A DNA stretch of 64,000 bases, from contig CAVWIP010000017.1 of assembly GCA_963755125.1 (NCBI GenBank), forward strand, positions 288,001-352,000, given 5' to 3'. A program made the position numbers and the translations under genes. The notes below the pieces were generated by a model. It did not search any database, was not told the origin of the DNA, and saw nothing but the letters and a program-made list of their open reading frames with translations. Positions 10,465 to 18,994 of the stretch are shown here, piece after piece. Numbering within the stretch: the stretch's first letter is position 1; every line of letters begins with the position of its first letter. Source of the stretch: an uncultured delta proteobacterium. Lineage in GTDB: Bacteria > Myxococcota_A > Polyangia > Fen-1088.

Positions 10465-11598
10465 TTAGGGCAGCTCGATGCTGAATTGCGTGCCGGCGAC
10501 AGCGTCGCTCACGAAGCTCACGCGGCCGCCCAGGCAGTTTTCGCCGATGAGCCGCATGGCATAGGTGCCGAACCCGCGGTTGTGACCCTTGCTGCTGAAG
10601 TGGGGCTGGAAGATGTGGGCTGCCACGGAGGGCGGAATGGTGCCGGGGTTGTGCACGTGAAAGGCCGAGCCACCCACTCTGCTTTCGAACCAGAGGCGCA
10701 CCTGGCCACCGGGCGGTGATGCCTCCAGCGCGTTCTTGACCATGTTTCCCAGCACGCGCATGAGCAAGCCTTCGTCGGTGGTCAGGGTTCTGTCCCCGGG
10801 CACGTGTTCTGCCAGCAGATCCTTGCCTTCACGGCAGGGGTGGTTGCGGAACATGGTCTCGATCGATTCCATGACGTGGTTGACGTGCATCGGGCGCAGG
10901 TGGGCCCGCAGGTCACCGATCTCGGCGCGCAGAAGCACGCTCTGCGACTCGACCTCGCGGACCAGTTGCTCCACCAGTCGCACCACGTTCTGCGCAGCCT
11001 CGGAGGGCGTTTCTTCGCGCAACTCGTCGCTCCATCCCTGCAGGCCGGTGAGCAGGCTGCGCGCGTCGTGCATGAAGATCCTCTCCAGCAGCTCGCGTCG
11101 GCGCATGGCGGTTATGTCATGGAGCACGCAGGCCAGCACCGTCTGACCCGCAAGGGGCAGCGGAGTGATCTTCACGGCATACTGCGCGCAGGCCACGCGT
11201 CCGTCTTCACGACGGGCAAGCGTGCACTCCCCGGTGGTCGGCTGGTTCGTCGTCTGCGCAGCGAGAATGGCCAGCACGGCGCCGCAGTGACGGCAATGCA
11301 AGGAAGTGCCGCAACCGCCGGGGCCGGTGTGAGCATGGATGCAGCCCAGGGCTTCTCCCTGACGCTGGCCGAGCAACTGGTCGCCGTTCTCAAGCTCGAT
11401 CCCGGCCAAAAGTTCGCGGTTAGCTGCCAGGATCTGCCGGTGCTGATCCAGCACCATCAGATAGCCGGCCACGGCGTCGAGTACGGTCTTGATCACCGGG
11501 TCCGTGACAGCCAGCGCGGCCAGACGAGCGACGCTTGCGGCATCACTGCGCTCCGCCGAGGCGAAAAAGCTGTCCACGCCACTCGATCCTGCGTCCAT
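10465..11598 (-). CDS. Sensor histidine kinase with Cys-rich PAS-like N-terminal domain
   Basis: H-box FMHD, N-box GNMVKNALEA, IFQPHFSSKG, RGFGTY. GGAGG RBS upstream of ATG 11598, so the longer track ORF is over-extended. Confidence 0.88.
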   Translation of the reverse strand: MDAGSSGVDSFFASAERSDAASVARLAALAVTDPVIKTVLDAVAGYLMVLDQHRQILAANRELLAGIELENGDQLLGQRQGEALGCIHAHTGPGGCGTSLHCRHCGAVLAILAAQTTNQPTTGECTLARREDGRVACAQYAVKITPLPLAGQTVLACVLHDITAMRRRELLERIFMHDARSLLTGLQGWSDELREETPSEAAQNVVRLVEQLVREVESQSVLLRAEIGDLRAHLRPMHVNHVMESIETMFRNHPCREGKDLLAEHVPGDRTLTTDEGLLMRVLGNMVKNALEASPPGGQVRLWFESRVGGSAFHVHNPGTIPPSVAAHIFQPHFSSKGHNRGFGTYAMRLIGENCLGGRVSFVSDAVAGTQFSIELP

Positions 11599-11859
11599 CC
11601 GAATCCTCCCGAGCGCCGGCCGGCCCAGGCTGCCCCGCCGCCGGCCGCTCTCAAACATCAAGTGTATTCCCGGTCGCCAGGGCGTGGAATCAAAAATAAG
11701 ATGTTTGCGCCCATGACGGAGCGCAGCGGTCTCCGTGCTCTCTCGTCTTACCTCTGTGTTCTCAACCGGAACTCCCGAGGTCCGGCAGAACACCGATGTC
11801 AAGATTGACACCAAGGATCCCCAAGGATACGTTTGCCTGGCGTTCGCCCACAGGAGGAC

Positions 11860-12219
11860 ATGATGGCCAGCGACGAACCTTGTCTCATCGCCAGCAAGAG
11901 CGCGGTCCGCGGTCAGATCTCTGGAAAACAAGATCTGATCGTCGAGGGTCGCGTGGAAGGCCGCATTGGCCTGGAGAGCCACCTGACCATCGAGGAATCG
12001 GGCAGCGTCGAGGCTGACATGGACGTGGCCCAGGTCACGGTCAAGGGCGAGGCGCGCGGCGACGTGGTGGCAGCGCGTTCGGCAGTCCTGCACGCCACGG
12101 CCCGCGTGGCGGGCAAGCTTCGCGCGCCCCAGATTATCATTGAAGACGGCGCAAAGTTCTCAGGGACTATCGAGATGGAGGTAGAGTTGCCGGCGGGAAT
12201 CAAGGCGGGCGGCGCCTAG
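11860..12219 (+). CDS. Bactofilin (BacN-like by position)
   Basis: Beta-helix repeats (VRGQI, LIVEGRVEG, IEDGAKFSG); AGGAGG RBS. Confidence 0.88.
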   Translation: MMASDEPCLIASKSAVRGQISGKQDLIVEGRVEGRIGLESHLTIEESGSVEADMDVAQVTVKGEARGDVVAARSAVLHATARVAGKLRAPQIIIEDGAKFSGTIEMEVELPAGIKAGGA

Positions 12220-12255
12220 CCCTGGGGGCGGCGCGCTCGGGACGGGACACGAATC

Positions 12256-12597
12256 ATGGCAAAGGAAAAGGACACGAAGCCCATGGCGAACACGGTCATC
12301 GGAAGCAGCATCGTCATCGACGGCGAGATCACAGGAGAAGAGCCGCTTACCATCCTGGGAACCGTCAAGGGTAAGATCTCGGTGGCGCAGAGCTTGGCAG
12401 TCGAGGCAGGCGCCACGGTGGAGGCCGACGTCGAGGCCCAGACCGTGACGGTCAGCGGCCGGCTGACCGGCAACGTGGTGGCGCGCGAGCGCCTCGAACT
12501 GAAGCCCGAGTCCAAGATGGTGGGCGACGCCAAGTCGCCGCGGATCGTGATCGCCGACGGTGCCGGGTTCAAGGGCAACGTGGACATGGACGTGTAG
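12256..12597 (+). CDS. Bactofilin (BacO-like by position)
   Basis: TVIGSSIVIDGEI...IADGAGFKGNVDM. Confidence 0.9.
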   Translation: MAKEKDTKPMANTVIGSSIVIDGEITGEEPLTILGTVKGKISVAQSLAVEAGATVEADVEAQTVTVSGRLTGNVVARERLELKPESKMVGDAKSPRIVIADGAGFKGNVDMDV

Positions 12598-12606
12598 GCG
12601 CACACT

Positions 12607-13203
12607 ATGGCTGACAAAGAAACTGTGATCGGGCCCGAGACACGCATCTCGGGCGAGGTGCGCGGCGAAGAGGACCTCATCGTCCGCGGCCACATCGACG
12701 GCAAGGTGCAGCTCACGCAGACGCTCACGGTCGAGAAGGGGGCCACGGTCCAGGCCGATGTCGATGTTCGCCATCTGCTCATCGCCGGCACGGTGGTGGG
12801 CACCATGGTCGCTTCCGAAAGCGTGAAACTGGCGTCGACCGCGCGCGTGGTCGGTGATCTGGCATCTCCGCGCGTGATGATGGAAGCCGGCGCCGCATAC
12901 CGGGGCCGAGTGGACATGGGCGACATCGCGGCTGCGCGGGCGGCTGTGAGTTCGCGCGCTGTGCAGCGCCCGGCCGCCAGCGAGAAGTCCACGACCCGTC
13001 CCGCTCCACCGCGCATGGCCACACCGGCCAAGGCGGTTGTTGCGGGCAAGGCTGCGGCGCCGGTCGCGCCCGCCACACGTCCCGTGACACCGGCTGTTGC
13101 TGGCGCGCCGGGGCCCGCCTCGCCGCCTGCTTTTCCGCGGGTTGCCGGGGCCATGGGCAGCATGACGCCGGCCTGGGCAAAGAAGAAGATCCGGAGGCGT
13201 TAG
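12607..13203 (+). CDS. Bactofilin with Pro/Ala-rich basic C-terminal tail (BacP-like)
   Basis: TVIGPETRISGEV...GAAYRGRVDM, then a disordered tail ending AKKKIRRR. Confidence 0.9.
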   Translation: MADKETVIGPETRISGEVRGEEDLIVRGHIDGKVQLTQTLTVEKGATVQADVDVRHLLIAGTVVGTMVASESVKLASTARVVGDLASPRVMMEAGAAYRGRVDMGDIAAARAAVSSRAVQRPAASEKSTTRPAPPRMATPAKAVVAGKAAAPVAPATRPVTPAVAGAPGPASPPAFPRVAGAMGSMTPAWAKKKIRRR

Positions 13204-13314
13204 CCAGCGCTGACGCTCTCGTGGGTTGCGGCCACGACCACGACCCTATCCTTCCATGGTGGACGTTGGGTACGAGGTGCATTTGGCCTGGCGTGTGGTA
13301 ACTTTCGTTCGCCC

Positions 13315-14712
13315 ATGTGCGGCGTGATCGGAATCTACGGCCACCCGGAAGCGGCCAATCTGGCGTACCTGGGCTTGCATGCGCTCCAGCACCGGGGCCA
13401 GGAGTCGGCGGGCATCGTTTCCAGCGACGACCAGCGGTTGCACTGCGTTCGCGAGATGGGGCACGTGGGTGAGATTTTCACCCAGGACCGCCTGCGACGC
13501 TTGCCTGGGTCGTCGGCCATCGGCCACGTGCGCTACTCGACCACCGGCGACTCGGCATCCAAGAACGCGCAGCCCATCGCGGTGGACTATTCGGGCGGTT
13601 CGCTGGCCATTGCCCACAACGGCAACTTGGTCGACGCCGCCGAGGTGCGTGCGCATCTGGAGGACGGCGGATCGATCTTTCAGACCACCAGCGACACGGA
13701 AGTCATTCTGCACCTCATCGCGCGTTCGCGCGAAGGGGCGCTGCCCGACCGCGTGGCCGACGCTCTGCGGGCGGTGCATGGAGCCTATTCGCTGGCCTTC
13801 TTGTCTGAATCCATGATGATCATCGCGCGCGATCCGATGGGCATCCGCCCGCTGTCCCTGGGCAAGCACAGCAAGAAGGGCTGGGTGGTGGCCTCGGAGA
13901 CCTGCGTTTTTGATCTCATCGAGGCCAGCTACGTGCGCGACATCGAGCCGGGCGAGATGCTGATTTTCGACGAGAACGGCATGCGGCGGATTTTTCCTTT
14001 CCAGGCGGAGAAGCCGTATCGCTGCGTGTTCGAATGGGTGTACTTCGCGCGGCCCGATTCCACCATCGCCGGCCAGTCGGTGTACCAGGCCCGCGAACGT
14101 ATGGGCCGCCGGCTGGCGGTCGAACACCCGGTCCCCGCTGACGTGGTCGTCCCGGTTCCCGATTCGGGCACCGCAGCGGCCATCGGCTACGCGCGCGAAA
14201 GTGGACTGCCGTTTGGCCAGGGCCTGATGCGCTCGCACTACGTGGGGCGCACCTTCATCGAGCCGTCCGAGTCGATCCGTCACTTCGGGGTGAAACTCAA
14301 GTTGTCGCCGGTGCGTGAGGTTCTGGCGGGAAAACGGGTGGTCGTGGTCGACGATTCCATCGTGCGCGGCACCACCTCCAGCAAGATCATCGGCATGATC
14401 CGTGGGGCAGGTGCGCGCGAGGTTCACCTGCGCATCAGCTCGCCGCCCACGGTGGGCCCCTGTCACTACGGCATCGACACCCCGGATCGTGACAAGCTGA
14501 TTGCCAGCGCGCACAGCGTGGAGGAGATCTGCCGTTTCGTGGGCGCGGATAGCCTCGGCTACCTGTCGCTCGGCGGTCTGCGTGCCTCGATCAACTGCGC
14601 GGGAAGCACGGACGAGCATCGCGGGTTGTGCGATGGTTGCTTTTCCAATTCGTACCCCATCGCGGTCGCACCTCCGGCTCGCTGCCGGCAGTTGCGGTTG
14701 ATCTCCGCGTAG
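13315..14712 (+). CDS. purF: Amidophosphoribosyltransferase (Fe-S type)
   Basis: N-terminal MCG nucleophile, [28 protein letters not shown], Cys ligands CVFE, CHYG and CDGC. Confidence 0.97.
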   Translation: MCGVIGIYGHPEAANLAYLGLHALQHRGQESAGIVSSDDQRLHCVREMGHVGEIFTQDRLRRLPGSSAIGHVRYSTTGDSASKNAQPIAVDYSGGSLAIAHNGNLVDAAEVRAHLEDGGSIFQTTSDTEVILHLIARSREGALPDRVADALRAVHGAYSLAFLSESMMIIARDPMGIRPLSLGKHSKKGWVVASETCVFDLIEASYVRDIEPGEMLIFDENGMRRIFPFQAEKPYRCVFEWVYFARPDSTIAGQSVYQARERMGRRLAVEHPVPADVVVPVPDSGTAAAIGYARESGLPFGQGLMRSHYVGRTFIEPSESIRHFGVKLKLSPVREVLAGKRVVVVDDSIVRGTTSSKIIGMIRGAGAREVHLRISSPPTVGPCHYGIDTPDRDKLIASAHSVEEICRFVGADSLGYLSLGGLRASINCAGSTDEHRGLCDGCFSNSYPIAVAPPARCRQLRLISA

Positions 14713-14714
14713 GG

Positions 14715-14723
14715 GCCTGTGGC
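14715..14723. repeat. 9-bp target site duplication GCCTGTGGC, copy 1 of 3
   Basis: Identical 9-mer at 14715-14723, 16052-16060 and 17389-17397, abutting IS ends. Confidence 0.9.
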
Positions 14724-16051
14724 CTGACCGCCTATCAGATCGAGCCCGAAAAAGCTGGATCATTTCGATCACTTACGAAATAGCGTGAAAAATAAGTGGA
14801 AAAGGGCCCACGGGTCCTCCGAAGTTTGGTTTTTGCCAACTAAACGCAGGAGGTTTCCCCGTGAGCCCAGAACGAACCTACCCATTTCTCAGCGACTTGC
14901 TCGACCCTTTTCATAAGGCGCGCCGCAGAACGCTGGGTCTGATCATCGCCGCCATCGCCGCCACTGGTCAGGCTCGCTCGTTCGCCATCGCCACGACTCT
15001 GGCCGGCTGGCTGCGGACCAGGCTGGACAGTGCGGTCAATCGCTTCTACCGGCTGCTGCGCAATGAGCACGTCGACTATCTTGAATTCGCCACGCGGTCG
15101 CTGGATTTGCTCGCCCGTCGCCCGGATCGGCATGTCCTGCTCGCTGTGGACTGGACCGAATGGCACCATGACTTGCGCCTCCTGGTCGCTGCCATGGTCA
15201 CCGGCAAGCGGGCCATCCCCGTCTTCGTTCAAGGTTGGCGCAAGTTGATCCGAGATCGCTCGCAGAATACCCGGGAGAATACCTTCCTGCGCTTCCTGGC
15301 CGACGTCACCCGTCGGGCGGGTGTCACCGCGACGATTCTGTGCGACCGCGGATTTCGTCGCGCGAGTTGGCTGGCGTTGTTGCAGACGCTGCGCTTGGGC
15401 TTCGTCGTCCGTTTGATGGCCGATGTCTACGTCGAGCTTGAGCCTGGTGTACGTCAACCATTGGAGGCCATTCTCCTGCAACCAGGGCAGGTGCTCGATC
15501 TCGGCGTGGTTCCGCTGCGTGCCGACGGTGTTGTCTCGGTTCGCATCATCGGATACTGGGCTCCTGGTGCTCATGAACCGTGGTGGGTCGCCACCAGCGA
15601 ACCCGGTTCCGCCAAGCAGGTGCTGGCGCTCTATGACCGCCGCATGACCGTCGAGGAGCAATTCCGAGACACGAAAGGCCGACGTTTCGGCGCCAAGCTC
15701 TTTTGGACCCAGTTCCGCGACCCAGTGGCCCTGGCCCGCTTCGTTAGCCTTCTGGCCGTAGCCCTCTTGATCTGGACTCTGGTGGGCATCACCGCCGCGC
15801 TGATCGATCCCTCTTTGCGCCTGCGCTGCAAACGCAAAGGGCCTCGTCAGTCCTTCGTCACCATCGGCATCAGAGCCTTGGCGCTCGGCACATTCTCCGC
15901 GCGCTTCGACCGCCTCTCCGTGCCCCTGATTCTCGAACCACCCACCATGCGTCCTCTGCGTCTCCTGGAGGCGTCCAAATGACGTTATCCACAGGCATTT
16001 CGCGGAGTTCCCGCACCAATGCCGCACTTTTCGCCAAAGATCAACGGTCAG
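14724..16051 (+). mobile_element. IS4-family insertion sequence, copy 1 (1328 bp, IS10/IS50-like ends)
   Basis: Terminal inverted repeats CTGACCGcctATC and GATcaaCGGTCAG; single DDE transposase; 9-bp TSD. Confidence 0.92.
14861..15982 (+). CDS. IS4-family DDE transposase
   Basis: VDWT (D1), CDRGF (D2), YDRRMTVEEQFRDTK (YREK signature); AGGAGG RBS, GTG start. Confidence 0.93.
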   Translation: MSPERTYPFLSDLLDPFHKARRRTLGLIIAAIAATGQARSFAIATTLAGWLRTRLDSAVNRFYRLLRNEHVDYLEFATRSLDLLARRPDRHVLLAVDWTEWHHDLRLLVAAMVTGKRAIPVFVQGWRKLIRDRSQNTRENTFLRFLADVTRRAGVTATILCDRGFRRASWLALLQTLRLGFVVRLMADVYVELEPGVRQPLEAILLQPGQVLDLGVVPLRADGVVSVRIIGYWAPGAHEPWWVATSEPGSAKQVLALYDRRMTVEEQFRDTKGRRFGAKLFWTQFRDPVALARFVSLLAVALLIWTLVGITAALIDPSLRLRCKRKGPRQSFVTIGIRALALGTFSARFDRLSVPLILEPPTMRPLRLLEASK

Positions 16052-16060
16052 GCCTGTGGC
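16052..16060. repeat. 9-bp TSD GCCTGTGGC, copy 2, between the two IS copies
   Basis: Direct sequence match. Confidence 0.9.
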
Positions 16061-17388
16061 CTGACCGCCTATCAGATCGAGCCCGAAAAAGCTGGATCAT
16101 TTCGATCACTTACGAAATAGCGTGAAAAATAAGTGGAAAAGGGCCCACGGGTCCTCCGAAGTTTGGTTTTTGCCAACTAAACGCAGGAGGTTTCCCCGTG
16201 AGCCCAGAACGAACCTACCCATTTCTCAGCGACTTGCTCGACCCTTTTCATAAGGCGCGCCGCAGAACGCTGGGTCTGATCATCGCCGCCATCGCCGCCA
16301 CTGGTCAGGCTCGCTCGTTCGCCATCGCCACGACTCTGGCCGGCTGGCTGCGGACCAGGCTGGACAGTGCGGTCAATCGCTTCTACCGGCTGCTGCGCAA
16401 TGAGCACGTCGACTATCTTGAATTCGCCACGCGGTCGCTGGATTTGCTCGCCCGTCGCCCGGATCGGCATGTCCTGCTCGCTGTGGACTGGACCGAATGG
16501 CACCATGACTTGCGCCTCCTGGTCGCTGCCATGGTCACCGGCAAGCGGGCCATCCCCGTCTTCGTTCAAGGTTGGCGCAAGTTGATCCGAGATCGCTCGC
16601 AGAATACCCGGGAGAATACCTTCCTGCGCTTCCTGGCCGACGTCACCCGTCGGGCGGGTGTCACCGCGACGATTCTGTGCGACCGCGGATTTCGTCGCGC
16701 GAGTTGGCTGGCGTTGTTGCAGACGCTGCGCTTGGGCTTCGTCGTCCGTTTGATGGCCGATGTCTACGTCGAGCTTGAGCCTGGTGTACGTCGACCATTG
16801 GAGGCCATTCTCCTGCAACCAGGGCAGGTGCTCGATCTCGGCGTGGTTCCGCTGCGTGCCGACGGTGTTGTCTCGGTTCGCATCATCGGATACTGGGCTC
16901 CTGGTGCTCATGAACCGTGGTGGGTCGCCACCAGCGAACCCGGTTCCGCCAAGCAGGTGCTGGCGCTCTATGACCGCCGCATGACCGTCGAGGAGCAATT
17001 CCGAGACACGAAAGGCCGACGTTTCGGCGCCAAGCTCTTTTGGACCCAGTTCCGCGACCCAGTGGCCCTGGCCCGCTTCGTTAGCCTTCTGGCCGTAGCC
17101 CTCTTGATCTGGACTCTGGTGGGCATCACCGCCGCGCTGATCGATCCCTCTTTGCGCCTGCGCTGCAAACGCAAAGGGCCTCGTCAGTCCTTCGTCACCA
17201 TCGGCATCAGAGCCTTGGCGCTCGGCACATTCTCCGCGCGCTTCGACCGCCTCTCCGTGCCCCTGATTCTCGAACCACCCACCATGCGTCCTCTGCGTCT
17301 CCTGGAGGCGTCCAAATGACGTTATCCACAGGCATTTCGCGGAGTTCCCGCACCAATGCCGCACTTTTCGCCAAAGATCAACGGTCAG
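16061..17388 (+). mobile_element. IS4-family insertion sequence, copy 2 (tandem, period 1337 bp)
   Basis: Same ends and sequence as copy 1; the only difference I found is A15456 versus G16793. Confidence 0.92.
16198..17319 (+). CDS. IS4-family DDE transposase, copy 2 (Q199R relative to copy 1)
   Basis: Translation identical except VRQP versus VRRP. Confidence 0.93.
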   Translation: MSPERTYPFLSDLLDPFHKARRRTLGLIIAAIAATGQARSFAIATTLAGWLRTRLDSAVNRFYRLLRNEHVDYLEFATRSLDLLARRPDRHVLLAVDWTEWHHDLRLLVAAMVTGKRAIPVFVQGWRKLIRDRSQNTRENTFLRFLADVTRRAGVTATILCDRGFRRASWLALLQTLRLGFVVRLMADVYVELEPGVRRPLEAILLQPGQVLDLGVVPLRADGVVSVRIIGYWAPGAHEPWWVATSEPGSAKQVLALYDRRMTVEEQFRDTKGRRFGAKLFWTQFRDPVALARFVSLLAVALLIWTLVGITAALIDPSLRLRCKRKGPRQSFVTIGIRALALGTFSARFDRLSVPLILEPPTMRPLRLLEASK

Positions 17389-17397
17389 GCCTGTGGC
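17389..17397. repeat. 9-bp TSD GCCTGTGGC, copy 3
   Basis: Direct sequence match. Confidence 0.9.
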
Positions 17398-17426
17398 CTC
17401 TTGACTCCGTCGCGCGAATCTCCAAC

Positions 17427-18281
17427 ATGGCGGTCATGCTTCGTCCGGGTTTGTCAGGAATCCTGATGTCAATGCTTGCTGCCATCTGGGCGGGGCGGGC
17501 CATGGCTGCACCTCGGGTGGTGATGATGGAGATGGCAGGCGGCGCGCGGGACATCCGGCAAGAGGTCCGGGCTTCGGCCGAAGAGGCCCTGCGCGCGCTC
17601 GGCGTCGAGGTCGTGCCGCAGAACCAGATCGAGACCGCGCTCGACGACTGCAACGTGCCGTCCTGCCTGGCCGAACTGGGCCGTCAGGCTGGGGCGAGCC
17701 ACATCCTGGAGATTCAAGGCAGCTACGTGAACGAGTCGTACAACCTGCGTCTCGATCTGCGTGACGGCGCGACCGGGCGCATCCTGGGCAGCGATTCCAA
17801 GGAATGCGAGATCTGTTCGGCCAAAGATTTCTATCGGGCGGTGAAGGATCGCACCGCCGCCCTCTGGACGCGCGTGGTGCGCGAGCAGGGCAGTGCGGGC
17901 TCGGTGCCGTCCGAGGCGGTGTCCCCGACGCCAGCGCGGACCGACCTGGCGGAGGCGAAGCCCGTCCCGTCTTCCACAGGCCGATCTTTCTGGAGGCAGC
18001 CCTTGCCCTTGTTCGGGTTGGGCCTCGCCACAGGCGGGGCGGTGCTGCTTGGGTTCGGGAGCTACTACCTGGCGGTCGACGGCGATGCCGATCCTAGCTG
18101 CTCGGCCCAGCAGCCCTGTCCTTTCAAGCGCGCCACTGCGGGCCTCGGTTGGGGTCTGCTGGCGGGCGGAAGCGCGGCTCTCTTGGGGGGCGTCGCCATC
18201 TTGATCTGGGGGCGCGACGAGACGTCCACGCCGGCGATTGTTCTCGGGCCGGGCACGGTTTCCTTGTCGGGGAATTTTTGA
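17427..18281 (+). CDS. Exported hypothetical protein with Cys pairs and a hydrophobic Gly-rich C-terminus
   Basis: Signal-peptide-like start, CxxxxC and CEIC, ends in SLSGNF. Start moved outside the IS. Confidence 0.7.
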   Translation: MAVMLRPGLSGILMSMLAAIWAGRAMAAPRVVMMEMAGGARDIRQEVRASAEEALRALGVEVVPQNQIETALDDCNVPSCLAELGRQAGASHILEIQGSYVNESYNLRLDLRDGATGRILGSDSKECEICSAKDFYRAVKDRTAALWTRVVREQGSAGSVPSEAVSPTPARTDLAEAKPVPSSTGRSFWRQPLPLFGLGLATGGAVLLGFGSYYLAVDGDADPSCSAQQPCPFKRATAGLGWGLLAGGSAALLGGVAILIWGRDETSTPAIVLGPGTVSLSGNF

Positions 18282-18298
18282 CCTGTACCCTGGCTGGC

Positions 18299-18994
18299 AT
18301 GCCCACCATCTTGTTGTTTGATGTCGACGGAACCTTGGTGACCAGCGGTGGGGTCGGGCGTCGAGCTATCGAAAAGGCATTTGAGCAGCGTCACGGTCGC
18401 AGCGACGTCGTGTCGTTCACATTCGCCGGCATGACGGACAAGGCAATCGTGCGCGGCGGCCTGCTGGCCCTGGACAAGGGTTTTGCGTCCGAGGCTGCGC
18501 TGCAGGCCGAGATAGACGCCACGATAGCCCAATATCTGTGGGTACTGGATGAATTGGCCGCCAGCACCGGCGGCATTCGTGTCCACGACGGCATCCTGCG
18601 CGCGCTTGATCTGGCCGAGGCCCGCCCCGAGGTGGCCCTGGGCCTGGGCACCGGGAACATGCGCGAAGGCGCTCGCATCAAGCTGGGCCACGCTGGGATC
18701 TATCATCGCTTCAGCTTCGGCGGCTTCGGCGACGATTCGATTGATCGGCCCGCGATCCTGGCCGCCGGCGCTCGGCGAGGCGCGGCCCAACTCGGCTTGT
18801 TGCTGCCGGATTGCCGCGTGGTCGTGGTGGGTGACACGCCCAAGGACATCGCCGCCGCCCAGGCCATCGGCGCCGACTGCGTCGCGGTGGCCACCGGCAT
18901 GCACTCGGTGGCCGAGCTGGAGGCCCACAGGCCCACGCTCGCCTGCCAAAACTTGAACGACCAGCGCGCCGACGCAGTCCTGTTCGGGGATTAG
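18299..18994 (+). CDS. HAD-family hydrolase (phosphoglycolate phosphatase-like)
   Basis: FDVDGTL, TGN, GGFGDD, VGDTPKD. Confidence 0.9.
   Translation: MPTILLFDVDGTLVTSGGVGRRAIEKAFEQRHGRSDVVSFTFAGMTDKAIVRGGLLALDKGFASEAALQAEIDATIAQYLWVLDELAASTGGIRVHDGILRALDLAEARPEVALGLGTGNMREGARIKLGHAGIYHRFSFGGFGDDSIDRPAILAAGARRGAAQLGLLLPDCRVVVVGDTPKDIAAAQAIGADCVAVATGMHSVAELEAHRPTLACQNLNDQRADAVLFGD

Noticed and set aside
11599..12093. Long N-terminal extension of the histidine kinase ORF
   Set aside because: It overlaps the first bactofilin gene, and a good RBS precedes ATG 11598.
14738..14770. Cluster of GATC sites at the IS left end (Dam control as in IS10/IS50)
   Set aside because: GATC is common throughout the window and no dam gene is visible, so enrichment cannot be supported.
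14840..16027. 395-aa antisense ORF spanning each IS copy
   Set aside because: Fully overlaps the transposase and has no recognisable motif; its duplication only reflects the IS duplication.
14715..17397. Three direct repeats read as a CRISPR array or composite transposon
   Set aside because: The repeats are 9 bp separated by whole IS copies; no cargo between copies and no cas genes.
17316..17426. Apparent fusion of the IS right end to the downstream gene (track ORF starts at the ATGA of the transposase stop)
   Set aside because: A signal-peptide-like start lies outside the IS at 17427 or later; the extension is probably fortuitous, although translational coupling is not excluded.
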